A DNA stretch of 39,141 nt from positions 1 to 39,141 of the forward strand of contig CAVYXJ010000023.1 in NCBI GenBank assembly GCA_963772455.1, in the 5' to 3' direction. Of the stretch, positions 28,778 to 39,140 are shown one piece after another. Numbering within the stretch: position 1 is the first letter of the stretch; each line of letters begins with the position of its first letter. A program made the translations under genes and the position numbers. The notes beneath the pieces were generated by a model. It saw nothing but the letters and a program-made list of their open reading frames with translations, ran no database searches and was not told the origin of the DNA. This DNA is from Candidatus Bathyarchaeota archaeon. GTDB lineage: Archaea; Thermoproteota; Bathyarchaeia; Bathyarchaeales; Bathycorpusculaceae.

Positions 28778-31543
28778 CTAACTTTTTTCGTTAGTTGAAT
28801 TCTGAAAAGGTAAACGTATTGTAAAAGTGGTTCCTTGATTTAGTTTTGATTTTACCTTAATAGTGCCACCATGTGCCTCAATTATACGTTTACAGATAGC
28901 TAAGCCAAAACCCATTCCTTGCGCTTTAGTGGTGAACAGTGGAGTGAAGAGTTTTTGCATCGTTTCTTCAGGTATTCCCGTGCCTGTGTCAGCGAATACA
29001 ATATCAACCCAATCATTTCTACGGCTACTGCTTATTTCGATTGTGCCATTCTCAGGCATTGCATCAATGGCGTTATTTACAAGATTAATAAAAACTCGCA
29101 GCATCTTGTCGGTGTTAACCCAAATCAAATCCTCTTGTTGGACCCTGTTCACAATTTTTATTCTATCTGGAACCTTAATCAATTGTATAGTTTCATCTAC
29201 GAGAGTGCGTGCAGAATATTTTATGAGCTCCAAATGCATTTCGCGTGAATAATCTAGAAGGTCGTTGATAATTTTGTCTGAGTGATCAATTGCTTTGTCG
29301 ATGATTTCAAACATTTCTTTTGTTTGCGCTTCAGAAATTTTTGTACCTTTCCTTTTTAGGAAGTAGGTAGCGTTCTTGATTCCTGCTAAAGGATTGCGCA
29401 AGTCATGCCCAATCATGCCCGATAGTTCCCCTATAGCTGCAAAACGTTCAGCCTTCACTAATCGTTCATTTGCATCCTTTAGTTGTGCAGTTCTCAGGTC
29501 AACCATGCATTTTAGGTGATCTGAATAATTCTTTACTTTTCTTTCTAAAATCTTGCTGTGTTCTTCAGCTTTCTTTCGTTCAGTTATATCTATAGCAATC
29601 TCTACTGCTGAGGTAATATTTCCTTGATCATCCTTAATTGGAGTTGCAACTATTTGAACCCAGTAAGAGATGCCCTCGACGTTGGTTGAGCAGTATTCGT
29701 GGGAGTCAAAAGATGATCTTCCTGCAAAAATCTTTACTATGCCGCAATCTGAGCAGGGTCCATTTAGATCGTTAAGAGATGCATAGCACAATTTTCCTAC
29801 TGTATCGCCTTTGTAGCGTTTAATGAAGTCGTTGGCCCAAATTACACGGTAATCTCTATCGATAATTACTAAACCTGCACCGATTGCTTTGGCAACTGAT
29901 TCAAATTTGTTGCGTTCATCAAGGAGAGCTATTTCATTTTTTTTACGTTCGGTAACGTCTCTTGCCGCTGCAAAAACACCTTGTATCTCGCCTTGAGGAT
30001 TGTGGTAAATTGATGCATTGTACAAGACATCGGTTGCTGACCCCGATTTGTGTCGTATCGCTAACGGGTAATCTCTAACCAACCCGTCAGTGAAGACTTT
30101 GAGGTAAACGGCTCGGGCTTTTTCTGGCTCAGTAAAATAATCTGAAAAATCGTTACCAATAAGTTCCTGACGAGTACACCCTGTAGCATTCTCGGTGGCA
30201 ACATTTACATCAGCAATCTTCCCATCTTTGCTGATTGTAATTAATGGGTCTAAACTTGCTTCAATAAGACTTCTCGAATACAAAGAAGCAGCAAGCAACT
30301 CTGCTTGAGCTTTCTTTCTACTCGTTACGTCTTTAAACAGCACTCCAACAAGTTTTTCGCCAAACGGGAAGGCATATGTTTCATAATATCTATCCAGCGG
30401 TTTACTGTAGTTTTCAAAACTCGCCGCTTCACCAGTTCTCTCTACATTGCTAAATACGTCTAACCAGTATTGTTCTGATTCTGGAAAAACCTCATTAGTA
30501 GTTTTTCCTAAAACTGTAGAAGCTTTAACACCTGTTTGCTTCTCGTATGCATTATTAACTTCGATATAGCGGAAATCACAAGCTTCGCCTTTCTCTTTTC
30601 TGATTACTTCAATTAACTCGAAACCCTCATCAATATTGTTAAACAAACTGTGATAATGAGCTTCAGCCTTAACAAGAGCTTCTTCGGCTTTCTTTCGTTC
30701 AGTAATATCTGTGACTATTCCCAGAATAGCTTTGTCGCCATTGTATTCTATAAGAGAAGTGTTGATTATTGCATTAATTCTCTTGCCATCTCTTGTGACA
30801 AGTTCATATTCATATGGAAGAACCTCCTCCAAATTCAAATGCTTCTCAAAAGCAGTCTTTACATCCTTAACATATTCTGGCGGATTAAGAGAAAGAAAAT
30901 CAAAGTTAGGAGAATAGAATTCTTCCTTACTGTAACCAGTAATTTCTTCACATTTCTTGTTTGCGTAAACCACTCTGCCCCGTTTGTTGATAAAAATCAT
31001 GTTTGGTGATTGTTCAGCTAAATTTCTGAATTTTTCCTCGCTTTCATTAAATGCTGCTTCAGTTTTTTTGTTAATTGTAACGTCTCTGAAAATATTTATG
31101 ACATTAACGATTTTTCCTTTCTTATCTTTTATGAATTTAGTTCCAACTTCGACAGAAACTATGTTACCTTTTTTGTGTCTTAAGTTTAATGCAACTATTT
31201 TCTTTTCTTCACCTTTTTGGATTGCCTCCAAAAAAAGTTTCAACAACTTTGACGTATCTAAAAATTTTAATGCATCAAGCTTGATAAAATTCTTACCAAT
31301 TATCTCCTCTCGAGTATAACCGAGAAGTTCTTCAACCCGATTATTTACGTCTAGGATTTTTCCATGATTGTCTGAATAAGTAATTACATCTTGGACGTTT
31401 TCAAATAGTATTCTAAATTTCTCATCATCAGTAGTAAACAGGGCGTCTTTAGAGTCTGCAATATCTTCACCAGTAGATAATATCCCGACTGGAAGATTTT
31501 CCACTATTAACTTAGTAGCAGACTTTTCTTCATCCATAGACAA
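28778..31543 (-). CDS. Cytoplasmic multi-PAS (five) histidine kinase
   Basis: Five PAS/PAC units each ending D(I/V)T; H box GHDLRNPL, NLVNNAIDAM, DTGTGI, GMGFGL; no TM. Confidence 0.92.
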   Translation of the reverse strand: MSMDEEKSATKLIVENLPVGILSTGEDIADSKDALFTTDDEKFRILFENVQDVITYSDNHGKILDVNNRVEELLGYTREEIIGKNFIKLDALKFLDTSKLLKLFLEAIQKGEEKKIVALNLRHKKGNIVSVEVGTKFIKDKKGKIVNVINIFRDVTINKKTEAAFNESEEKFRNLAEQSPNMIFINKRGRVVYANKKCEEITGYSKEEFYSPNFDFLSLNPPEYVKDVKTAFEKHLNLEEVLPYEYELVTRDGKRINAIINTSLIEYNGDKAILGIVTDITERKKAEEALVKAEAHYHSLFNNIDEGFELIEVIRKEKGEACDFRYIEVNNAYEKQTGVKASTVLGKTTNEVFPESEQYWLDVFSNVERTGEAASFENYSKPLDRYYETYAFPFGEKLVGVLFKDVTSRKKAQAELLAASLYSRSLIEASLDPLITISKDGKIADVNVATENATGCTRQELIGNDFSDYFTEPEKARAVYLKVFTDGLVRDYPLAIRHKSGSATDVLYNASIYHNPQGEIQGVFAAARDVTERKKNEIALLDERNKFESVAKAIGAGLVIIDRDYRVIWANDFIKRYKGDTVGKLCYASLNDLNGPCSDCGIVKIFAGRSSFDSHEYCSTNVEGISYWVQIVATPIKDDQGNITSAVEIAIDITERKKAEEHSKILERKVKNYSDHLKCMVDLRTAQLKDANERLVKAERFAAIGELSGMIGHDLRNPLAGIKNATYFLKRKGTKISEAQTKEMFEIIDKAIDHSDKIINDLLDYSREMHLELIKYSARTLVDETIQLIKVPDRIKIVNRVQQEDLIWVNTDKMLRVFINLVNNAIDAMPENGTIEISSSRRNDWVDIVFADTGTGIPEETMQKLFTPLFTTKAQGMGFGLAICKRIIEAHGGTIKVKSKLNQGTTFTIRLPFQNSTNEKS

Positions 31544-31743
31544 GAATGTTGATGTTCAATTAAAAACAATTATGAATTCTACTTACATACACAAAATTCA
31601 GAATCAAAGAAAGAACAAATTGTCTGGGTAATAAAAAAACCCAGTTTCTTTACATCAGATTACCGCTTTGTTGCTGTATCGCTACAGTTACACAAGTTTA
31701 AAAGCCATTTACGTTATGTAGGGTTTAATTGGAGATGTAGGCT

Positions 31744-32070
31744 TTGGCGATTTTAGATGACATTTTCGGATTTATTACTTCTGGAAACATAGGCGGAATA
31801 CCAACATTTGTTATAATGATTATTCCGTTTGTAGTCGGATTAATAATAGGTTACTTACTTCACAAATTCTTAAAGATCGCAATCATAGCTGCAATCATTA
31901 TTGTTATAGTTGCTTACCTTGGATTTTTTGGCTTAAGTCTTGGGGCATTGAAGAATTTGGCAGATATTTATGGTCCTGTTGCAATTCAGTACGGAGTACT
32001 TCTTATAGGAATATTACCGCTCGGTCTTGGATTCATCGTTGGGGCAATAATAGGCTTCATATTCTCATAA
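31744..32070 (+). CDS. Small membrane protein, FUN14-like
   Basis: GLIIGYLLHKFLKIA and terminal GLGFIVGAIIGF patterns; GGAG RBS. The family call is from pattern memory. Confidence 0.6.
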   Translation: MAILDDIFGFITSGNIGGIPTFVIMIIPFVVGLIIGYLLHKFLKIAIIAAIIIVIVAYLGFFGLSLGALKNLADIYGPVAIQYGVLLIGILPLGLGFIVGAIIGFIFS

Positions 32071-32253
32071 ATTCAATCTCTTTCTTTGAGTCATTTACCG
32101 CGTAATAGGTACAGCATGTATCTTGTTGCCTACCTTCTTGGCGGCAAACCTGTTTATCTCAAACCAAAAGAAAAACTAAAAAGAAAACAGTTTAAAAGCA
32201 GAAATAATCCCAGAATGACGAAGAAATATCTGAAGTTTTTTTAGATTAAGTAA

Positions 32254-32514
32254 TTAAATTGCTCTCTTTGCACCACAGTTTGGACATAGACTTGAAGCTT
32301 GGGGAATCAATCCACCGCAATATTGACAGGGAATCATAATAATTGCCTTACTAAAACGCTCTTTCTCTAGTTCAATTCGTTCAAGAGCTAATTGATATTC
32401 TCTCTTGTTCTTTTCGTTACGTGATTGCGAACCAAAAACAACAAATGCAAGCAAAATAGACGCGCCAAAGAAAATACCAAGAAACGCAACCACAAAAATA
32501 AGATTATCAGACAT
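32254..32514 (-). CDS. TM-anchored zinc-ribbon protein
   Basis: N-terminal TM, coiled segment, CQYCG...CPNCGA. Confidence 0.75.
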   Translation of the reverse strand: MSDNLIFVVAFLGIFFGASILLAFVVFGSQSRNEKNKREYQLALERIELEKERFSKAIIMIPCQYCGGLIPQASSLCPNCGAKRAI

Positions 32515-32651
32515 GACCAAAAATACTAAAAAACATCTTTATCAGTTTTGTGAATCAAGAATCAACTTTCTTTTCTATCCTCTTAAGTTATATTTTTTCG
32601 AAGATATTCTTAGCGATAGGGTTTTTCTATAAATTGAAAAATATAATTCAC

Positions 32652-32990
32652 CTAAACCTCTTTTATGATTGTTTCAAATCTTGGCTTTAGATTTGGAATA
32701 TCAATTTTAACTGTCTTCCATACTCTTATCAAATCTACCCCAAAGTATGCATGGATTACTTTGTCGCGCATTCCAGCCATGTCTTTCCATGGAATTTGAG
32801 GATAACTTTCCTTAACTTGTACGAGGAATATGTTTAGTTGCTTCACCAATAATTTCTAATGCTCGAATAACAGCGTACAGGTCTTTTTGTCGTTTACAAA
32901 AGTCTCATAATCCAAATCTTTTACAAAACTTAAAGCGTCATCCATAGCTTTGATTACATCCTCAACGTAATCCAAGAACTCTTCTTTCAT
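32652..32990 (-). pseudogene. HEPN (DUF86/HepT-like) toxin with two frameshifts
   Basis: MKEEFLDYVEDVIKAMDD...DKK / LYAVIRALEIIGEATKHIP / VQVKESYPQIPWKDMAGMRDKVIHAYFGVD. The RxxxxH(xY) motif is intact; shifts lie near 32880 and 32824; ATGA overlap with the MNT gene. Confidence 0.85.
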
Positions 32991-33286
32991 ACATTCACAA
33001 CTTCTTCCAAAACTCGCCTACCTATCCTTGGCTTAAGCGCATGCTTTTCTACCAAATCCACCTTAACCCCTAAAACATCACTCAAATAATTTTCTAACCC
33101 GATGAAATCTAGAAGAGTTAAGTTTGAAGACTCATCAAACTCCACTAATAAATCAACATCACTTTTACTTTTCTGTTCCCCTCTCACATATGAACCAAAA
33201 ATGCCTATTTCCTTCACATTATATTTTTGCTGCAATTCTTTCTTATTGTTTTTTAAAGCATTCTTTATTTGTTCGAGGTTTTTCAT
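32987..33286 (-). CDS. Minimal nucleotidyltransferase (MNT) antitoxin
   Basis: GIFGSYVRGEQKSKSDVDLLV (GSx10DxD) and LGVKVDLV; paired with the HEPN gene. Confidence 0.9.
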   Translation of the reverse strand: MKNLEQIKNALKNNKKELQQKYNVKEIGIFGSYVRGEQKSKSDVDLLVEFDESSNLTLLDFIGLENYLSDVLGVKVDLVEKHALKPRIGRRVLEEVVNV

Positions 33287-33504
33287 TTTTGTTCACTTAC
33301 TAAATAGACGGATTAAAAGTTAAGATTTTGCCTAAAAAGAATTTTTGAACTTGGTATAAGATAGTGTCTAATATTAACATGTTCATAACTCTCTAAAGAT
33401 AGAATTTTGTCTAGTATAAAGATAATTGACAAACGAAAAGTTAGGAACTGGATTATGCCAAAGAAAAATTCAATGTAAAATAATAAAAAAAGAAAAAAAT
33501 TGGT

Positions 33505-35556
33505 TTATTTCTTTATCGAGTTGGTGTCAGCTGAACTTGGCATGAAAGTATATCCGGCTAAAGTTACCCCTGTAACAGTAAAAGTAAAAGTCGTTCCTTT
33601 TGAAGCAAATCTGACGTTATTGGATTGTAGAACTACGGTTCCAGCTGTGTTTGTTGTTCCTGTGTCACTATCTTGGGTCGCGCTTGACCATTTGCCTGTG
33701 ACGGTTGCGCCCTGAACTGGATTGTTGTTTGCATCAACGATTTTTATGGTTGCGGTGGCGTATGTGTTAAAGCCAGATGTTTTAAGAGCCATTACTATAC
33801 TTGCAACATGCATTGGTATAGAACTACTTGTTGTTGCTGAAAGGGAAGAAGATTGGACTCCTTCGTTTCCGGCATTGTCAACTGCGGATACGGTGTAAAG
33901 GTATGTTGTTGAGGGGATTAATCCCGTGTTTGAGAATGAATTGGTTGTTGACGTATCGACTTTTAGATCATTCCGATATACGTTGTATATGGCTGCATCG
34001 CTTATTGGTGTCCATTGTAGACTTATTGCGGTTGTGCTTACTGTAGTTACTGCTAAGCCATTTACCTTATCTGGTTTGGTAATATCCACCGTGAAAGTCC
34101 AGGTTTTTGTTGGAGATATTTTGCCAAGTGTATCTGTTGCGGTTAAGGATGCAAAGTGAGTTCCTTCACTAAGACTGCTTGCCAAATAAGAAAATGTTGC
34201 ACCAGAAATAGTGGGAGTAACGACAGTATTGTCTAATTTCATTTCTGTTGACAATATACCGCTCGCATCCGTTACGGTTGCTGAAATTGTTGGAGATACT
34301 ATGTTTATTGCCGCTCCATCACTGGGTGCAATATTTGAAATTGTAGGTGGCACGTTGTCAAATGAACCTGTGGTTGCTTTGACTGCATCAACTATTCCAT
34401 AGCCGTATTGGTTATCTTTGCCAGCGGCACCCAGGTCTTTAGCAGTCAATTGAAGTTTTGTTCTAACTTCGGAGGCATCCCAAACACCGTCATGATCTGC
34501 ATCGTAAATCTGGTCTATGGGGGAAGCGATAACTAATGCTGCTAATCCTGCAACATGTGGTGTAGCCATGGAAGTTCCACTCATGGTAACTACATCGATG
34601 TTTCTGTTGTCATTGGGTGATACATCTTTGTAGGTTGAGAGTATGTTTACGCCAGGTGCCATTAGTTCTATACCTGTGCCATAGTTTGAGAAGCTTGCTC
34701 TTCTGTCAAGGCTATCTGTTGCACCAACAGCCACTACGCTATCATATCTTGCGGGGTAGTTAATCGAAGATCTATATTCGTTTCCTGATGCTGCAACCAG
34801 GAGAACTCCTTGGTTGTATGCATTGTCACATGCCTGCTGTAGACTAGTGGATCCTGTGCTTGCTCCCAGACTCATTGATATAACTTGCATACCATGATCA
34901 ACAGCCCACTGAATGCCTGAGATAATTGTGCTCATGGGTCCGCTGCCTGCGCTATTTAGGACTTTAACGCTGTAGAGAGAAACTTGAGGTGCAACACCTA
35001 CGACTACATTATTATTGTCATGAGCGGCTGCAATGATTCCTGCGCAGTGCGTTCCATGTCCATTATCATCAAAAGGATCTGCGTCATTATTAATTAGGTC
35101 AACTCCACTCACGTAAGCTCCAATTAATTCTTCATGATTGTAGTTAATTCCTGTATCCAATACAGCAACCTTAACTCCTTCTGGAAAATTAATTCCAGCT
35201 CCTTCGTTACCTAAATCATGAACTGTGCCAGCACCTATGTGTTTGACACCCCAAGAATTATCTAATTCAAGGGCAGATGCAGAAACTTGAATGTCTTCTT
35301 CAATGTATGCAATTCTTGGGTTTTTCTGCAAAGCAGCGATCGCTTGTGCAGACAAGGAGCAGGAAATAGCGCGAATAAGATGGAATTGATGACTGATTTC
35401 TCCGCTATTGGCGGTAATCAATGATGTTTCTGGCAAAGCTTTGAATCCGATGATTACGGGAATTTTTTCTGCTGGAGCTGCAAAAGCGCCGCCAACGAAA
35501 AATAAACTTACTAAAATGATAGAAACTAACAGTAAAGAGATTAATGGTTTTTTCAA
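33505..35556 (-). CDS. Secreted subtilisin-like S8 protease with propeptide, Ig-like, FN3 and C-terminal beta domains
   Basis: Catalytic motifs VLDTG, HGTHCAG, GTSMATPH; oxyanion ASGN; FN3 (LQW...YNVYR...GLIPSTTYLYTVSAVDNAGNE); AGGAG RBS. Confidence 0.93.
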   Translation of the reverse strand: MKKPLISLLLVSIILVSLFFVGGAFAAPAEKIPVIIGFKALPETSLITANSGEISHQFHLIRAISCSLSAQAIAALQKNPRIAYIEEDIQVSASALELDNSWGVKHIGAGTVHDLGNEGAGINFPEGVKVAVLDTGINYNHEELIGAYVSGVDLINNDADPFDDNGHGTHCAGIIAAAHDNNNVVVGVAPQVSLYSVKVLNSAGSGPMSTIISGIQWAVDHGMQVISMSLGASTGSTSLQQACDNAYNQGVLLVAASGNEYRSSINYPARYDSVVAVGATDSLDRRASFSNYGTGIELMAPGVNILSTYKDVSPNDNRNIDVVTMSGTSMATPHVAGLAALVIASPIDQIYDADHDGVWDASEVRTKLQLTAKDLGAAGKDNQYGYGIVDAVKATTGSFDNVPPTISNIAPSDGAAINIVSPTISATVTDASGILSTEMKLDNTVVTPTISGATFSYLASSLSEGTHFASLTATDTLGKISPTKTWTFTVDITKPDKVNGLAVTTVSTTAISLQWTPISDAAIYNVYRNDLKVDTSTTNSFSNTGLIPSTTYLYTVSAVDNAGNEGVQSSSLSATTSSSIPMHVASIVMALKTSGFNTYATATIKIVDANNNPVQGATVTGKWSSATQDSDTGTTNTAGTVVLQSNNVRFASKGTTFTFTVTGVTLAGYTFMPSSADTNSIKK

Positions 35557-35751
35557 ATTTTTTTTCTCCTGAGTATACTGCTAATATTCGTTGCAAACAA
35601 TTTATAAATTTATTTATTGCACGTTTTACTCGTTTTTCTTAAATAATCAAAAATTGGAATATTTTATTTAGCAAATTTGATTGATTTAACCGATTTTATT
35701 AAAAGTTTATATAAATATCAAGAATTATTTTTTAGGGAGGAGCGGGGAAGA

Positions 35752-38319
35752 GTGTTGAAAAGAAAGTTATGGGCTTTTTTAGCGGTTATGCTTTTTGTTT
35801 TCAGCTTTATTGGCACAACTAAAGCTCAAAATGACACCAGCATATGGAGAGACGACATGAACTACTCTAGTTTTGATCAATTCCAAGCGGCAGGATGGTC
35901 GTCACTGCATCCAACAGGAATTAGCTTTAGCGGTACCGGAGTAATCCTGGACGGGACTCAAGGTGATAATACAATTTCCTATTCGAATAGATTTCCATCA
36001 GGCATTTATGACTGGAAAGTGGAGGCTAGTAGCAAATGGACTTTGGGAAGCCATAGTGGAATCAATATAGGCGCAATAACTGAAAAGCACACTTACCATT
36101 TTTTGGCTGACGGATGGTATAGCGAATTTGCCTTCTACCGTGACGGACAAAAAATCTTGAGGTTTAACAATTATCAAGAGAAAAGCAACGAATTGATTAC
36201 TCTTCGAATGGAGAAACATAGCAATCAAATAGATATGTACTTCAACAATCAACTTCAAAATTCTTACACTGAAACAGATACAACCCCTTCACAATTAATT
36301 GGCTATACCACAAATTCGCCTTGGCAAGGCGGCGCAGAATTCGAATACTTCCAAGTTTGGTCAAGTAGCCCGATTGTGTTAACACCCCAAACTGGAGCTG
36401 GAGATTCTTGGACGATGTTTGGACATGATGTAGCCAGTGCAAGATATTCAACTTCAAATGCCCCTCGAACAAACCAGATTTTATGGAGCACCACATTTGA
36501 TAGTCAAATTCGCACTTCAATTACAATCTCAGGTAATAATGCGTACGTTGGTTCTTTCAGCGGAATTATTTACGCTTTAGATGCAAGTACAGGAACGAAA
36601 AACTGGAATTTCTCAACTGGAGGCGCAGTTTGGTCTTCCCCAGCAGTGTCAAATGGAGTAGTCTATGTTGGTTCAAACGACTTTTCAGTTTATGCTTTAA
36701 ATGCTAAGAGTGGTAGTGAGATTTGGAGTTTTAGAACTGGCGGAGCTGTTTTTTCTTCGCCTACAGTTTTGGATAATATTGTTTATGTTGGCTCTACTGA
36801 TAATAATGTGTATGCTTTAGATGCAAATAGTGGAGCCAAGATTTGGAATTTTAGTACACGCGGCCAAGTGCGTGATTCTTTAGCAGTGGTTAATGGAGTG
36901 GTGTACGCAGGCTCACAAGATGGAACCTTTTACGCTTTAAATGCGGCAACAGGAACCTTGTTGTGGAGTTCGCCAACTGGAGATGGTGATACTTTCACTA
37001 ATTCTTCCCCTGCAGTTGTTAAAGGAGTTGTTTATGTAGGCTCAACTGACACCAATCTGTATGCTTTTAAAGCTTCAGATGGATCAAAAGTTTGGAGTTT
37101 TGCTACTAGCGGGAAGGTTTCGTCCTCTCCCGCAGTTTTCAATGACGTGGTTTATGTTGGGTCAGAGGATGGAAGTATTTACGCAGTTGATGCTTCAGCC
37201 GGTACACAGATTTGGAGCCACGACACAGGTGGACAGGTATATTCTTCGCCTGCAATTGCTAACGGAGTTGTATATGTCGGGTCCTGGGGCAATACTATCT
37301 ACGCTTTTGACGCATTAACCGGCGGGGAAGTTTGGAATTATAGAACTGGAGGAGGCGTCTTTTCTTCTCCATCAATAGCAGGCGGAGTAGTGTTCATTGG
37401 TTCATACGATAGCAAAGTCTATGCTTTTGGCTCTTCATTTTCGCCAGGTGCTTCTCCTTCGCCATCTAGTTCACCTGTTCCCTTAAGTGGCGATGTCACT
37501 AAAACTGCTTGGGTACCTACGCCTACAAATGGCGTAGCAGCAACTATCGTTACAGTCACAGCTGTAAGTTTAGCTTCTTTGGTCTTTGCTGCGGCATCTA
37601 GCGTTCCGGCAGGTGCTGCAACCGGTTTCTTTGGCAAGCTGATTGATAAAATCAGAGAACTTATGCCTGAGTCGATAAAGAAGTGGCTTGAAGAATTTAT
37701 TGCCTCAAAACGAAAGTTGAAAGTTGATGAAAAAACTGGATCGCCTTATCTGCCAACAAAATCTGAGGCTTTGGTTTATGGAATCTGGATTCTTTTTTCA
37801 ACTTTTGCATTCTCTTATGTCAAAGTAGAAAGTCTTGATCAGATTCTGATAATTTTACCTACTTTTTTTGCAACTAGCATTCTTGTATCTTTTGCAAGAA
37901 CATACATTCTGGCAGTTTATACCAGAAGAAAGGGTGTATGGACCGAAACCAAACTATGGTATTTTGGAGTGGGATTGTTTTTACTCTCCACGTTGGCTTT
38001 CAGAATGCCTTTTTCCTCTCCCACACGAACCGTTAGGCATTCAAAGAATTTTACGGAGCGACTATCAGGATTTCTTTCATTTGCAGCTATTATCATTACT
38101 CTTAGTTTTGGTGCGTTCTTTTTTGTTCTCTACAAGAGCGGCTTTGCGCTAATAGGCGGAACTGGTCTAGCGATGTGTCTTATTTCAGCTTTCTTTGATA
38201 CTTTTCCAATTGAACCTATGGGTGGCAAAGATATTTTCAAATATAATAAAGGTCTCTGGGGAATGTTGTTTGTTACTACTTTAACTTTGTATGCCTTGTG
38301 GATAGCACATGTAATATGA
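35752..38319 (+). CDS. Surface protein: beta-sandwich domain + eight-bladed PQQ/BamB-like propeller + multi-TM C-terminal domain
   Basis: Eight SSPAVxxGVVYVGSxDxxVYALDAxxGxxxW-type repeats. Start placed at GTG 35752 because a TATA (tttatata, 35706) and a G-rich RBS lie inside the longer ORF call. Confidence 0.85.
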   Translation: MLKRKLWAFLAVMLFVFSFIGTTKAQNDTSIWRDDMNYSSFDQFQAAGWSSLHPTGISFSGTGVILDGTQGDNTISYSNRFPSGIYDWKVEASSKWTLGSHSGINIGAITEKHTYHFLADGWYSEFAFYRDGQKILRFNNYQEKSNELITLRMEKHSNQIDMYFNNQLQNSYTETDTTPSQLIGYTTNSPWQGGAEFEYFQVWSSSPIVLTPQTGAGDSWTMFGHDVASARYSTSNAPRTNQILWSTTFDSQIRTSITISGNNAYVGSFSGIIYALDASTGTKNWNFSTGGAVWSSPAVSNGVVYVGSNDFSVYALNAKSGSEIWSFRTGGAVFSSPTVLDNIVYVGSTDNNVYALDANSGAKIWNFSTRGQVRDSLAVVNGVVYAGSQDGTFYALNAATGTLLWSSPTGDGDTFTNSSPAVVKGVVYVGSTDTNLYAFKASDGSKVWSFATSGKVSSSPAVFNDVVYVGSEDGSIYAVDASAGTQIWSHDTGGQVYSSPAIANGVVYVGSWGNTIYAFDALTGGEVWNYRTGGGVFSSPSIAGGVVFIGSYDSKVYAFGSSFSPGASPSPSSSPVPLSGDVTKTAWVPTPTNGVAATIVTVTAVSLASLVFAAASSVPAGAATGFFGKLIDKIRELMPESIKKWLEEFIASKRKLKVDEKTGSPYLPTKSEALVYGIWILFSTFAFSYVKVESLDQILIILPTFFATSILVSFARTYILAVYTRRKGVWTETKLWYFGVGLFLLSTLAFRMPFSSPTRTVRHSKNFTERLSGFLSFAAIIITLSFGAFFFVLYKSGFALIGGTGLAMCLISAFFDTFPIEPMGGKDIFKYNKGLWGMLFVTTLTLYALWIAHVI

Positions 38320-38735
38320 TTTTTTTATTTCTATCCTCTTCTTTATCTCTACAATATTCTTTTTTGGATACGCAAGTCAAAAATTTGAATCATGTTTAAC
38401 AGAAGTGGGTTTGCAAATCCAATCAATGATCAAAGCAAAGACCCAAACAAAATAGTGGCATAAACATACTTTTCTTTTTTTTCTTTTCATAAAGTTTCTT
38501 TAAACCCGCAAGTTTACTTTGAATTTTTATTATAAATCGTATCCCAAAAAATTATTAAATATTTTTTTTTGCAATTTGTGCCGGCTGATGTTTGGAATGT
38601 CAAGAGACACTTATGATGTTAATAACTTGATAATTTTTCTTTTTTCAGAATTAATATCTCAAAATAATTAATCAAGGCTCATGTAAGGATTATAGGTCTG
38701 GTTTTTAAGAAAAAGGATGGGAGTTTTCCCATTGG

Positions 38736-39140
38736 TTAAGGTGGTGGAGGAGGAAGGTCATCTTTGTTGGTTAATAGTTTCCAGCTAAATAATGCCAGCA
38801 CTGCTCCTGCGGCCAGATCACATAATGTCCCCAAGAATCCGATGATGCCATCTGCAGAAAACGGTCCAAAACTTACTATATCATAGATTGCCCAGAAGAA
38901 GAATGAACCTGCCCAAAGTAGCAAAAAGTACACCAACAGTTTTTCCTTAGTAAGCGTGGGGAGAAACTTCATACCCAGCATCTTGAATCCAAGAAGCCCA
39001 AGCATAACTCCTGCTAACAGTTCAATCAAATTGTTAAATACTGCAAATCCGTTTAGCGCTGAGTTAAAGTGTGTTGCATAGTAGATTTCGGAGCTAATGT
39101 TCCAGAAGAAGAATGAGCCTGCCCAAAGAAGCGCAAAGTA
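38736..39140 (-). CDS. Membrane protein with an internal repeat and poly-proline tail, 5' truncated by the window edge
   Basis: Frame open to the edge; YFALLWAGSFFFW and YFLLLWAGSFFFW repeat 70 codons apart; ends LPPPPP. Confidence 0.75.
   Translation of the reverse strand, partial: YFALLWAGSFFFWNISSEIYYATHFNSALNGFAVFNNLIELLAGVMLGLLGFKMLGMKFLPTLTKEKLLVYFLLLWAGSFFFWAIYDIVSFGPFSADGIIGFLGTLCDLAAGAVLALFSWKLLTNKDDLPPPPP

Noticed and set aside
32116-32244. 42-codon basic ORF MYLVAYLLGGKPVYLKPKEK...
   Set aside because: No promoter or RBS evidence and no recognisable family; may be a remnant.
36480-37440. PQQ-dependent dehydrogenase or Ser/Thr kinase annotation for the propeller repeats
   Set aside because: Only the structural repeats are present; no catalytic or kinase motifs were seen.
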